From Centroscyllium fabricii (lineage: Eukaryota), in contig JBNRSN020000005.1 of NCBI GenBank assembly GCA_051313645.2, positions 169,818,001 to 169,882,000 on the forward strand: 64,000 bases of DNA, in the 5' to 3' direction. The notes beneath the pieces were generated by a model that saw only the letters and a program-made list of their open reading frames with translations, had not been told where the DNA came from and searched no databases. Both the position numbers and the translations under genes were made by a program. Positions 12,495 through 24,382 of the stretch are shown one piece after another; the first letter of the stretch is position 1, and each line of letters starts with the position of its first letter.

Positions 12495-12531
12495 AGTTAA
12501 CGTTTCAGGTCGATGACCTTTCATCAGAACT
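12495..12531 (-). ncRNA. Minimal hammerhead ribozyme motif (Penelope pLTR)
   Basis: AGUU-CUGAUGA-A-AGGUC-AUC-GACCU-GAAA-CG-UU/AACU: intact core, stem I AGUU/AACU, loopless palindromic stem III. Confidence 0.75.
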
Positions 12532-12571
12532 GGAAAAAGTTAGCGATGCAACAGGTTTTGAGACATATAAA

Positions 12572-13200
12572 TATTGTGGCTACAAGAGCAGGCCAGAGGC
12601 TGGCAATTCTGCGGTAAGTGTCTCACCTCCTGACTCCCCAAAGCCTTTCCACCATCTACAAGGCACAAGTCAGGAGTGTGATGGAATACTCTCCACTTGC
12701 CTGGATGAGTGCAGCTCCAACAACACTCAAGAAGCTCGACACCATTCAGGATGAAGCAGGCCGCTTGATTGGCACTCCATCCACCACCTTCAACATTCAC
12801 TCCCTCCACCACCGGCGCACTGTGGCTGCAGTGTGTACCATCTACAAGATGCACTGCAGCAACTCACCAAAGCTCCTTCGACAGCACGTTCCAAACCCGC
12901 GACCTCTACCACTGAGAAGGACAAGGGCAGCAGACGCATGGGAAGATCACCACCTACAAGTTCCCCTCCAAGCCACACACCATCCTGACTTGGACCTGTA
13001 TCGCCGCTCCTTCACTGTCGCTGGGCTAAAATCCTGGAACTCCCTTCCTAACAACATTGTAGGTGTACCTACACCATATGGACTGCAGCGGTTCAAGAAG
13101 GCGGCTCACCACCATCTTCTCAAGGGCAATTAGGGATGGGCACTAAATGCAGGCCTAGCTAGCCAGCAACGCCCACATTCCATCAATGGATTAAAAAAAA
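12572..13200 (+). mobile_element. LINE 3' end (CR1/L2 group) inserted in the Penelope element
   Basis: ORF 12618-13133 LSTIYKAQVRSVMEYSPLAW...HSLHHRRTVAA...; tail aaggcggctcaccaccatcttctcaagggcaattagggatggg followed by poly(A). Confidence 0.8.
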
Positions 13201-15290
13201 GTACAAAAGGCAGTGAAAGGGGGAAGGGGAGGAAAGAACAAAAGGGAAGGTCGATGATAGGATGGAAGGCAGCAGAGATTAAGTGACAAAAGGGGTGATG
13301 ATGCAAGGCAAAAGGGGATAGTAACAGGACAAGCAAAGAAACAGAAGATGGGGCTGGAGGAGGTGTAAATGGCAACAGCAGAATTATCAACAGCTGCCGT
13401 TCAGAAACAATGGGAGCGGTGGTTATGATCTGAAATTGCTCAACTCAATGTGGAGTCCGGAAGGCTGTAAAGTGCCAATCGAAAGATGAGATGCTGTTCC
13501 TCAAGCTTCCGCTGAGCTTCTTTAGAACAGGGTAGGAGGCCGAGGACAGTGAAGTTAGAGTGGAAGTGGGCGGAGAATTAAAGTGACAAGCGACTGGAAG
13601 CTCAGCGTCATGCTTGCGGACTGAACAGGTGTGCCACAAAGCGATCACCCAATCTGCATTTGGTCTCCCTGAGCTTTAACGGGAGGCTTGAGGCATCCAG
13701 GAGGGAGAAGGGAACAAAGGATACAAGGACAGGGCGGGAAGAGATCATTAAGAGTGGGGGGGGGGGGGGCTCACAGAGAATAAATCAGCATACATCAACT
13801 GGGTCAAATGGCCTGTCCCTGTGCTGTAGATTCTATGTACTAAATGTCATCCTGCTGGTAGCTGGAACTTGATACAATATTTTCATAGCCAGACGTTTAC
13901 AAAGAAAAATAAGCAGACTCCAGAAGACTTGAGAATAAGTAGCTTATACTAAAATGTCTTCTATCACCGCAACAATGATATGCTCCTTTAATAAATATGG
14001 TATTTTCATCAGTAAAGCGGCACTGATATTTTCTTTTGCACCTTTGTTGCTGTACGTCAGACATTCTTCGTGATGGAAACGTGACCGCTTTATCATATGT
14101 CCAAGGAAATTTATGACCAACTTATAAAATTTTATTTCTAAGAAAGTTGTTCTAATCTGTTTTAGGTGAATTTACACAATTTTTTGCTGCAAAATGTAGT
14201 CACTCAGTAAACAAATCATAAATTCTCGTTCTAGCAACAGGGATAAATATATGCTTTTGGAGGAGAAAGAACACAAACCCCCCCCCCCCCCTCCAAACCA
14301 GGGACAAATTGTAAAACAAAATCACCCAGTCCAGAAACATTCCACGTCTGCAATGTAACTGTGATGGTTTATGAATAACTCTATCATTTCACAATATTCT
14401 ATTTTTTTTCTTAAAGAATACCTTTGGTAACTGTGACAATAGCAATTTTTGTTGTACGTTGTAAAGTGAAATATAAACCTAGATGCTTCCGAGATACATG
14501 TAGACTGCAATGAATATTCCACAACCATGATGATTGCTGTGCTGCTCGAGTGAGAGGAGTGTTATCTTGTGAGGGCAACAGAGCAGTGTTTAATAGTACA
14601 GATATGGGAATAAATGAACTATTCTGGAGTTAGGCCTGATTACCTTTAGAGATCCGGGAGTATTTATACAGAACATCCCTCGAGAATACAGTGAAACGTC
14701 CATTATTTTGCATATGGAGGGGACCCAAATATGAATAGAAATTTGTGAAGAGTTCCAAATTTTGGTCTTAGACACTGGAATGAAAACAAGTACAAGCAAC
14801 AAACTGAATTTTTTTTGGGGGGGGGGGGGGGGAAATATGATTTACATCAGACAGGAGGAAACTGATGTAGCAGGCTGTGCAACGTCTCAAGACATTGTCC
14901 CTATAAAATTCTACTGGATAATTCTACTGGATAATCAGGAAGATAAATAACTACAGTGCCAAAAATTAAGTTTGCATTGTTAGTGGAAGAGATTCCATTG
15001 TAGGGTAGATCATGCAGGATCAGTGGAAGGAGCAGGCTTGATGGGCTGAGTGGCTTTCTTGTTCAATAATTTATTGTCTCAGCAACCTGGCACGGGTAGC
15101 AATAAGGTCGTCCTCACCATAGCTAGGAAGTTAGTATGGCCTACATATGCACAATACTTTAACAGCAGCATTTAGCGACGTCCTTTTGCAGAAGCAGATG
15201 TGCATTGTCCAGTGTGGTCAGGTCTAGGAACTCCTGTATTGAAAATTGTTGATTGCGCAATTAAGTACGCTCTATTTCCCCAAACACAAT

Positions 15291-16052
15291 GGCCCAAAAA
15301 TTAGCCTCGGAGGCTTCCTGCGAGTGTAAGCCTCCGAGGTCCACTTACCCTGCGCTCCTGCCGTTCTCCAATTCTGGGATGTGAAATCCCGATTTGTAGT
15401 ACTGCTCCAGGCCGCAGGTGCCGTGCTGAGGCAACTCGGCGACGGAGTTAGTGCGAGAGCTCGCGCGGGACCACGTGGTCCGCGGGGAGCCAATGAATGG
15501 AAGGAATCCTCCATTCATAACTTTAACAGAGAGATCTGTGTAAGTTATGAAAAGGAAGAGCCTCAAAAACACATTAAATAGTAAAATAAATTTAAAAAAA
15601 CACATTTTTTAACATTACTGTAACTAACAGATTACCAATTTTAAACAAAAAATAAAAATTAAATATTTTTTAAAGTTTTTAACTGTCCTAAAAAAATTAC
15701 CTGTCTTTAAAGTAAAAAAAAATTACCTGTCTTTAAAGTAAAAAAAAATTAAAAACCTGTTAAAAATACTTAAATTCCATAAATTAAAGACTTACCTGCT
15801 AAAAAAGGGTAATTACGGCTGATATTTTCAGGCATAAAATCTTCAATACTTACCCCGATAAGAAACTCTGAAAAATATCGGAAGTGCACTGCGCAGGTCA
15901 ACGCGATTCAGCTCCCGACCCCCCGTTGGTCTTCTTCGGAATTGCAGGTATCCCAGGGAAATGGCGTCTGCCTGCAATTCTAGGACTGCACGCGTGAGTA
16001 CCCGCTCTGTACACACGCACTGCGGCCCCGCGGTCATCGGAGTTTCTGCCCC
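15291..16052. mobile_element. Harbinger-like non-autonomous element
   Basis: AAT|GGCCCAAAAATT...AGTTTCTGCCCC|AAT (3-bp TSD); GC-rich ends and AT-rich core. Confidence 0.75.
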
Positions 16053-16506
16053 AATAGCTTGTTTTCAGAAAAGTTAAACTTAAATAACTGTACCATGGAG
16101 TGCTTTTGTTAGCCCAGGTATCAATATTTTTTAAATGGTGGAGGTTTGTAGATTGTAAGTATTAAAATAATGGACAAGTTAAAAAAGAGAGAATCTTAGC
16201 AGTAAGAATAGATGAAAATGTGAAAATGACAAAGCAAAAAAGAAAAATGGTGGATTTCAAGAATGATCTTACAATACATGAACTGCCTAGTTACTTACTG
16301 AAAATTTCAAAAACAGCTTTGTAATGAACACATGATAATGGCAGATTTAATGAAGCCTTTATCTCACTCACAAAAAAAATCTAAATTGCTTGCTGCCTTC
16401 TCTGGGTAAACTCTACAATATGATATAGTACAGTAGAATATCAGAGAAATTTAAGCTTTGTGTTGCAAATCATTAAAATATACCAAGGACGATAAAGGCT
16501 TCTAAT

Positions 16507-17823
16507 CAATGTTCCCCCTAAGCTGTGTGTTAGCACGGCTGTGCAGTAATGTGCAAGGTCCCTAGCAGAAACAAAGAAAATAGGAGGAGTAGGCCATTTG
16601 GCCCCTCAAGCCTGCTCCACCATTTAATGAGATCATGGCTGATCATCCAATTTCAGTACCCTGTACCTGTTTTCTCCCTATATCCCTTGATCCCTTTAGC
16701 CTTAAGAAATATATCTAACTCCTTCTTGAATATATTTAATGAATTGGCCTCAACAGCCTTCTGTGGTAGAGAATTCCACAGGTTCACCACTCTCTGGATG
16801 AAGAAATTCCTCCTCATCTCAGTCCTAAATGGGTTACTCCTTATCCTTAGACTGTGATCCCTGGTTCTGGATTCCCCAGCCATCGGGAACATCCTTCCTG
16901 CATCTAGTCTGTCTAGTCCTGTTAGAATTTTATAAGTTTCAATGAGATCCCCTCTCATTCTTCTGAACTCTAGCGAATGCAAGCCCAATCGACCCAATCG
17001 CTCTTCATACGTCATTCCTGCTATTCTAGGTATCAGCCTGGTGAATCTTCGCTGCATTCCCTCCATGGCAAGAACATCCTTCCTCAGATATGGCAGCCAA
17101 AACTGCACACAATACCCAAGGTGTGGTCTCACCAAGGCCCTGTACAACTGCAGCAAGACATCCTTGCTCCTGTACTCGAATCCTCTCACTATAAAGGCCA
17201 ACATATCATTTGCCTTCTTAACCGCCTGCTGCACCTGCATGCTTACCTTCAGCTACTGGTGCACAAGGACAACCAGGTCTCGTTGCACTTCCCCTTTTCC
17301 CAATCTATTGCCGTTCAGATAATAATCTGCCTTCCTGTTTTTGCCACCAAAGTGGATAACCTCATATTTATCCACATTATACTGCATCTGCCCATCACCC
17401 AACCTGTCCAAATCATAGAGGTTCTCGGCATCCTCCTCACAGCACACATGCCCACCCAGCTTTGTGTCATCTGCAAACTTCGAGATATTACATCTAGTTC
17501 CCTTGTCTAGCTCATCAACATATATTGTGAATAACTGGGGTCCTAGCACCGATCCCTGCGATACCCCACTAGTCACTGCCTGTCAACTCGGAAAAAGACC
17601 CGTTTATTCCAACTCTTTGCTTTCTGTCTGCCAACCAGTTCTCTATCCAAGTCAGTACCTTACCCCCAAATCCCATGTGCTTCAACTTTGCACACTAATC
17701 TCTTATGCGGGACCACTCACAAGCTTTTACATCGGATAAAGTGCTCCTGTGCAGAAATTTAAAAGACCGCGCATTGAAAGAAACAGGCTGCACAGAACAT
17801 AGTCCAGCCTACAGGGAACATTG
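16507..17823. mobile_element. Short hAT MITE split by a CR1 insertion
   Basis: TIR CAATGTTCCC / GGGAACATTG; 8-bp TSD cttctaat / tttctaat. Confidence 0.75.
16565..17720 (-). mobile_element. CR1 LINE (HER1-like) 3' part, RT domain
   Basis: SGVSQGSVLGPQLFTIY..KFADDTKLGG and LLQLYRALVRPHL..LRIRSNPFRTEMRRNFFIQRVVNLWNSLP; frameshifted. Confidence 0.9.
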
Positions 17824-18432
17824 TTTCTAATGCTGTATTTCAATCAAATTCCAGGCGTAACTTACAGTAAAAACCTGTTAGGTAAGAAACAAAAGTTGCA
17901 CAAATTCCATTACAGTGCAATACAAAAACAGTTTGACTAAAACATTTGCATACATCAGATATTGCCCAGAATGTTCTGTATTTATCAGAAGGAAGGAGGT
18001 GTGGATTTGACAGTACTTTAGCTGCAATGGTAAAGAAGCTTCCTCTTCTCAAATTGGTAATCTACATTTTATCCCGATGGAATATTATTTTCCAATGCTT
18101 ACGACCAACTCAGATCAGGTAAATGGCCAGCTGGGTGTGGTGGGCTAGTCTGAACACTACCCGGAATGGCAATTCAGCATTTCTGAATGTTCAAGTGTAC
18201 CGTTAGCATGCTCACACCAGACAGCCTTCTGCTGCTGTGAAATGTCGAAGAGGGCAAACAAACCATATGTTGTTGCAAGTGAAACTCAGAAACTAGCAAC
18301 TCCACTGCTTCTGGGCCTTTTCTTTCAAATACAGTTTAAAGCATCTTCATTGACAAGATCGGCTGAAAGAACTGGGATGCTACACTTTTAGAGAAGTGAT
18401 CTGATCGAGGTTTAGAAGGGGAAGGTGGTAAT

Positions 18433-19134
18433 GGGCCAGATCTTCGGGTCCCCACGGGCGAGTAGGCGCTGGGTACTCACGCGTAGGCCCAACAAAAGTG
18501 CCAGTTTCGTGCATACGCGGGAAACCGGAACTTCCGTTCCCTTAAAGGAAGGGGTTCACAGGTCGAGTGCGTGCGCCTGGAACTTCCGTTTTTTTGCAGG
18601 TTTCTCCGGGAGGGTAAGTCTCCAGTAGCTACGCATGTAAAAAGCAGTCGCAAGGCCTGCTTTTAACAAGTTAAGTGGTGAATTAAGTTAAATTACAACA
18701 TTTTTTCCACAGGCTTATTATTTTTAAATACTGTAAAGAAAGGTAAATTTATTTTTAGCCCTGTTAAGAAACTGTAATTAATTTTTTCAAAAATTTAAAT
18801 TGTTTAAAATAGTTATTTTCCGTAATTTCGTTATTTCAAAAATGTGATTTAATAAAAAATTATTTGAAGTTTTAGTGATGTTTTGGGGCTGAACTGTATT
18901 CATAGATTTGACAGGTCTTCCCTGCAGATTCCCTGCTACAATTGGCTCTCCATGGCCCATGTGATCCCAGGGGACACTTCGAACAAACTGCGCCCCTGCG
19001 ATATGCAAGCACTGCGCGCCGGCAGTCGGAGCCGGCCCAGGATTGGAATGCCACAGGCGCCCACAGCACAATGGCCGGCGCGCCAGGTTGGAGGCTTGCA
19101 CCCGCGGGAAGCCTCCGACTTGAATTTCTGGGCC
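18433..19134. mobile_element. Harbinger-like non-autonomous element
   Basis: AAT|GGGCCAGATCTTC...GAATTTCTGGGCC|ATT. Confidence 0.7.
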
Positions 19135-20260
19135 ATTAGATTGCATTCGAGTTGACAGTTTGTTCCAATTAACTAGATTAAGGAGAACCGGGGGTCACAA
19201 TTACCCTGCATAAGTTTTACAAGGCCAGATCGAGGTTAGACTCCAGGAGGTGATTATTTTCCCAGAGAATAGTGGACCTCTGGATCAGGCTTCTGGCTCG
19301 TGCGGTGGCGCTAATTCACTGAATTCCTTCCAGCGAGAGCTGGACCTGTTCCTGGCTGGGGCGGAGATCACCTCGTACAAAAGGTAAATACCGCATAGAA
19401 TTCTTAGGGTCAGAGTGATCGTCCGGGCTAGTTTTGATCACTATTGCGGGGGGAGACGGACAGGAGAAGAAGGGTGTTTCAGAGAGTCATTTCCCAATTA
19501 CCACCCCCCCGCCCAATACTGGCCAGGATTTTCGCCTCTCCCATAAGATCAGGTGGAGTCCCCTGTGTCAGTTGGTACGGAGACTAACTACTCCTACTCA
19601 GTCAAACCTTGACCAGTCTCAGATCAACACTGCTTTCCAAACACCAATTAGAGTGAACCAAATCGTCAAACAATGCAAAGAAACCTTTTTGGAACATTGG
19701 GATAAAGTAACCAAAAGCCAAAGCAGATTAGAATGTTACCGTGCCCTAAAAAGAGATTATAAATTGGCAGACTATCTCTCAACTGTCAGAAATATAAAGC
19801 AGAGACAGACCCTCACCAGGTACAGATTAAGAGACCACCAATTGGCAGTTGAAAAAGGGAGAGAGAAGAAATCCTGGCAACCAAGAGAAAATAGAATATG
19901 CGGTCACTGTTTGACAGATGAGGTTGAAACAGAGGTGCACTTCCTCCTAAAATGCAAAAATTCGACAAAACAAGGAAAACATACTTTGACAAACTCAGCT
20001 TGACAACCCCAGATTTCAAAGAACTAGATGATATATCAAAACTAAGAATAATCCTTGGCGAGGGGAAATAGGGCACATCTTGGTGCACAATACGTAACAG
20101 CATGCCACAGCCTGAGAGACAGTGAATGACCAACATACTAATTGACACTAATAAATTAATACTGACTTGCTAAACTCGCTACTTTGTTATACCGTTTGTA
20201 ACTGCAAGAACATGATGTGTAGTAACCAATAAAAGGTTATAGATGTATTGCATGTATATA

Positions 20261-20637
20261 CAGGTTGTGCACCATTAATCCGGCACGGGCGGGACCAGGC
20301 CCATGCGGGGAAAGTGAAAAAACCGGGAGAATGAAGTTGGACAATGCACATGCGCGCACCATTCAAAATGGCCACACGCATGTGCACAACATTGGAAATG
20401 GCTGCCGACTGGCGAGTGCATGCGCAGATCACAACGTTCAAGAAGCATTTGGATGTACACCTGAAAGGTTACAACATACAAGGCTACGGTCCAAATGCAG
20501 GAAAGTTGGATTAGAATAGACCAGGTTTGGATGGGCGGCACGGACGTGATGGGCCGAAGGGCCTCTTTCTGTGCTGTATGACTCTATGACTCTATAAGAC
20601 TGAAGCTGCCAGCATATCGGGTAACGGATTAACGGTG

Positions 20638-20640
<3 letters not shown>
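20261..20640. mobile_element. Tigger/pogo-like MITE interrupted by a CR1 tail (~20437-20597)
   Basis: TA|CAGGTTGTGCACC left end; right end gactgaagctg...cggtgcaa runs into (TA)n. Confidence 0.75.
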
Positions 20641-20712
<72 letters not shown>

Positions 20713-20732
20713 TATATATACATATACATACA
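20641..20732. repeat. (TA)n microsatellite
   Basis: About 30 perfect TA units, then degenerate TA/CA. Confidence 0.95.
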
Positions 20733-20974
20733 TAAACAGGGGCATATCTGCCCAGACACTGTATCTGTATCTATGCATTTTAACTATGTATGTTATGTTT
20801 TATACTTTGGCAACATAAGGATATATCCTGTCATGCCAATAAAGTTTTTAAATTGAATTGAATTCAAATTCGTGTGGGGTGCATGGGGATGTGAGCGTGC
20901 GGGTGGAAAGTGGAGGTGGTGTAAACGGGGTGGGGGGGCGGTGCGATTGGTGTAAGCGGGGGGGGGTACAAGCA

Positions 20975-23420
20975 GGGAGGGGGTGGGGGAAAGCGGGGAG
21001 GGTGGGGAAAGCGGGGAGGGTGGGGGAAAGCGGGGAGGGTGGGGGAAAGCGGGGAGGGTGGGGGAAAGCGGGGAGGGTGGGGGAAAGCGGGGAGGGTGGG
21101 GGAAAGCGGGGAGGGTGGGGGAAAGCGGGGAGGGTGGGGGAAAGCGGGGAGGGTGGGGGAGGGTGGGGGAAAGCGGGGAGGGTGGGGGAGGGTGGGGGAA
21201 AGCGGGGAGGGTGGGGGAGGGTGGGGGAGGGTGGGGGGAAAGCGGGGAGGGTGGGGGAGGGTGGGGGAAAGCGGGGAGGGTGGGGGAGGGTGGGGGAAAG
21301 CGGGGAGGGTGGGGGAGGGTGGGGGAGGGTGGGGGAGGGTGGGGGAGGGTGGGGGAGGGTGGGGGAGGGTGGGGGAGGGTGGGGAGGGTGGGGGAGGGTG
21401 GGGGAAAGCGGGGAGGGTGGGGGAAAGCGGGGAGGGTGGGGAAAGCGGGGAGGGTGGGGGAAAGCGGGGAGGGTGGGGGAAAGCGGGGAGGGGGGGAAAG
21501 CGGGGAGGGTGGGAGAAAGCGGGGAAGGTGGGAGAAAGCGGGGAAGGTGGGAGAAAGCGGGGAAGGTGGGAGAAAGCGGGGAAGGTGGGAGAAAGCGGGG
21601 AAGGTGGGAGAAAGCGGGGAAGGTGGGGGAAAGCGGGGAAGGTGGGGGAAAGCGGGGAAGGTGGGGGAAAGCGGGGGAAAGCGGGGAGGGTGGGGGAAAG
21701 CGGGGAGGGTGGGGGAAAGCGGGGAGGGGTGGGGAAAGCGGGGAGGGGTGGGGAAAGCGGGAGGGGGGGAGAAAGCGGGGGGGGGGGGGAGAAAGCGGGG
21801 AGGGGGGGAGAAAGCGGGGAGGGGGGAGAAAGCGGGAGGGGGGGAGAAAGCGGGGAGGGGGGGAGAAAGCGGGGAGGGGGGGAGAAAGCGGGGAGGGGGG
21901 GAGAAAGCGGGGAGGGGGGGAGAAAGCGGGGAGGGGGGGAGAAAGCGGGGAGGGGGGGAGAAAGCGGGGAGGGGGGGAGAAAGCGGGGAGGGGGGAGAAA
22001 GCGGGGAGGGGGGAGAAAGCGGGGAGGGGGGGAGAAAGCGGGGAGGGGGGGAGAAAGCGGGGAGGGGGGGAGAAAGCGGGGAGGGGGGGAGAAAGCGGGA
22101 GGGGGGGAGAAAGCGGGGAGGGGGGGAGAAAGCGGGGGGGGGAGAAAGCGGGGGGGGGGAGAAAGCGGGGGGGGAGAAAGCGGGGGGGGGGAGAAAGCGG
22201 GGGGGGGGAGAAAGCGGGGGGGGGGGAGAAAGCGGGGGGGGGGAGAAAGCGGGGGGGGGGAGAAAGCGGGGGGGGGGAGAAAGCGGGGGGGGGGGGAGAA
22301 AGCGGGGGGGGGGGGAGAAAGCGGGGGGGGGAGAAAGCGGGGGGGGAGGAAAGCGGGGGGGGGAGAAAGCGGGGGGGGAGAAAGGGGGGGGAGAAAGCGG
22401 GGGGGGAGAAAGCGGGGGGGGGGGGGAGAAAGCGGGGGGGGAGAAAGCGGGGGGGGGAGAAAGCGGGGGGGGGAGAAAGCGGGGGGGGAGAAAGCGGGGG
22501 GGGGAGAAAGCGGGGGGGGAGAAAGCGGGGGGGGGAGAAAGCGGGGGGGGGAGAAAGCGGGGGGGGGGAGAAAGCGGGGGGGGAGAAAGCGGGGGGGGGG
22601 GAGAAAGCGGGGGGGGGGGAGAAAGCGGGGGGGGGAGAAAGCGGGGGGGGGGAGAAAGCGGGGGGGGGGAGAAAGCGGGGGGGGGGAGAAAGCGGGGGGG
22701 GGAGAAAGCGGGGGGGGGGAGAAAGCGGGGGGGGGAGAAAGCGGGGGGGGAGAAAGCGGGGGGGGGAGAAAGCGGGGGGGGGGGAGAAAGCGGGGGGGGG
22801 GAGAAAGCGGGGGGGGGGAGAAAGCGGGGGGGGGGGGGAGAAAGCGGGGGGGGGGGAGAAAGCGGGGGGGGGGGGAGAAAGCGGGGGGGGNNNNNNNNNN
22901 NNNNNNNNNNNNNNNNNNNNNNNNNNNNNNNNNNNNNNNNNNNNNNNNNNNNNNNNNNNNNNNNNNNNNNNNNNNNNNNNNNNNNNNNNNNNNNNNNNNN
23001 NNNNNNNNNNNNNNNNNNNNNNNNNNNNNNNNNNNNNNNNNNNNNNNNNNNNNNNNNNNNNNNNNNNNNNNNNNNNNNNNNNNNNNNNNNAATATTAAAG
23101 GCGGGGGGGGGGGGGATAAAGCCGGGGGGGGGAGAAAGCCGGGGGGGGGGGGGGGGGGGAGAAAGCCGGGGGGGGGGGAGGGGGAGGAGAAAGCCGGGGG
23201 GGGGGGGGGGGGGGGGGGGGAGGAGAAAGCCGGGGGGGGAGGAGAAAGCCGGCGGGGGGGGGGGAGAAAGCCGGGGGGGGGGGGAGAAAGCCGGGGGGGG
23301 GGGGGGGGGGGGGAGAAAGCCGGGGGGGGGGGGGGGGGGGGGGGAGAAAGCCGGGGGGGGGGGGGGGGGGGAGAAAGCCGGGGGGGGGGGGGGGGGGAGA
23401 AAGCCGGGGGGGGGGGTGTA
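20975..23420. repeat. G-rich minisatellite spanning a 200-N assembly gap (22891-23090)
   Basis: Units GGGGGAAAGCGGGGAGGGT, then GGGAGAAAGCGGGG(n), then GAGAAAGCCGGGG(n). Confidence 0.95.
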
Positions 23421-23980
23421 AGTTGGGGGGAAAGCGGGGGGGGGCGCGGGGTAAGACTGCCACCCCCTGGTCTACCCTGTGCTGCTCCCTCCACCTGTCC
23501 CGCACCACATCCAGCAGACAATGTCCCTCAGCCCTTCTCTCTTCACCCACCACCGCACAGCCGCTCCCCAGTGCCGGGCACAGCTCCCTCTCCCGGCGGC
23601 TGTCAGTCCCCCCATTGGCTGGCGGCTCCACAGGCTCCCGCTCCGAGCGGGGTTGAGCCCGGCCGTGACGCGGTCCCCCCTTCGCTCCAGGCAGCGGCTC
23701 CCAACAGCGCCTCTTGACGAGACTTACCTGAGGGCGGGGCGGCTCCCGGCCTGGGTGAAGCCGGGGCTCTAGGTGGCCAGCGGGCGGCGGCGAGGCCCGA
23801 GCTCGGCCCAGAAACCACAAGACAAACGGCCGCCTCTCCAGCTCGGCTCACCCGCCGGGTCGCTCAACGCGCAGGCGCAGGGAGTGATCGACCTCCGTCG
23901 TCACCAGGCTGCGCATGCGCGTTGTGATGGCGTCCAGCGCCCGAGTGCAGAGGGTCAATCAACCAAGGGTGGCTGAGGAA
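23420..23980 (-). promoter_or_regulatory. CpG-island promoter of GZF1 with NRF1-type sites
   Basis: CpG-dense unique sequence; GCGCATGCGC at 23911-23920, CGCGCAGGCGCA near 23868-23879, GC box gggcgggg near 23732. Confidence 0.7.
23728..23880 (-). other. GZF1: Probable non-coding exon 1 (5' UTR) of GZF1
   Basis: Consensus donor CAG|GTAAGT on the minus strand (plus-strand acttacctg, 23722-23730) inside a non-repeat CpG island. The 5' boundary is approximate. Confidence 0.6.
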
Positions 23981-24382
23981 GAGTAGCGACGGTTCATTGC
24001 CAGTATCTGAACGCAAAATAAATGAAACACATAAAGATCATCATGGGCTTAAATATATTACATGATTAATTATGAATGCACTTTTATTTAACAAAGCTCC
24101 TTAACCCTTTCTGCATTCCACTTTGGGGTTATTTGGATTGACAAATGCTGGTAAATCTATACCGTCTCTCATACCCTGTACTAGAAAACAGGTGGAAATG
24201 CGAGGCTGAGATGTGTTCCTACCCAAATGCAAAAGAAAATCACCAAGATTAGCAGAGTAAAAGGACAATTCTGCTTGAAATTAATATATTTTTTGAAAAT
24301 TGTTCGTCGTAGATATTTGCCAACAAGATAAATTAGTGCTCTACACCTCTTCAACTAGGCTGTTTATCTTTTAATTTATCAC

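Larger units (their letters stand above)
12397..13665 (-). mobile_element. Penelope-like element 3' end, interrupted by a LINE at ~12572-13200
   Basis: Minus-strand GIY-YIG-endonuclease C-terminal remnant (ELPVACHFNS...) and pLTR; homologous to 34820-35565. Confidence 0.8.
19555..20868 (+). mobile_element. RTE-X-like LINE 3' end with nested insertions
   Basis: YLSTVRNIKQRQTLTRYRLRDHQLAVEKGR..RENRICGHCLTDEVETEVHFLLKC (C-terminal CCHC); tail gtcatgccaataaagtttttaaattgaattgaatt. Confidence 0.7.

Noticed and set aside
20858-23717. Four very long ORFs (746-892 aa, Gly/Lys/Arg- or Pro-rich)
   Set aside because: Stop-free translations of a G-rich satellite running through an N gap; open in several frames on both strands.
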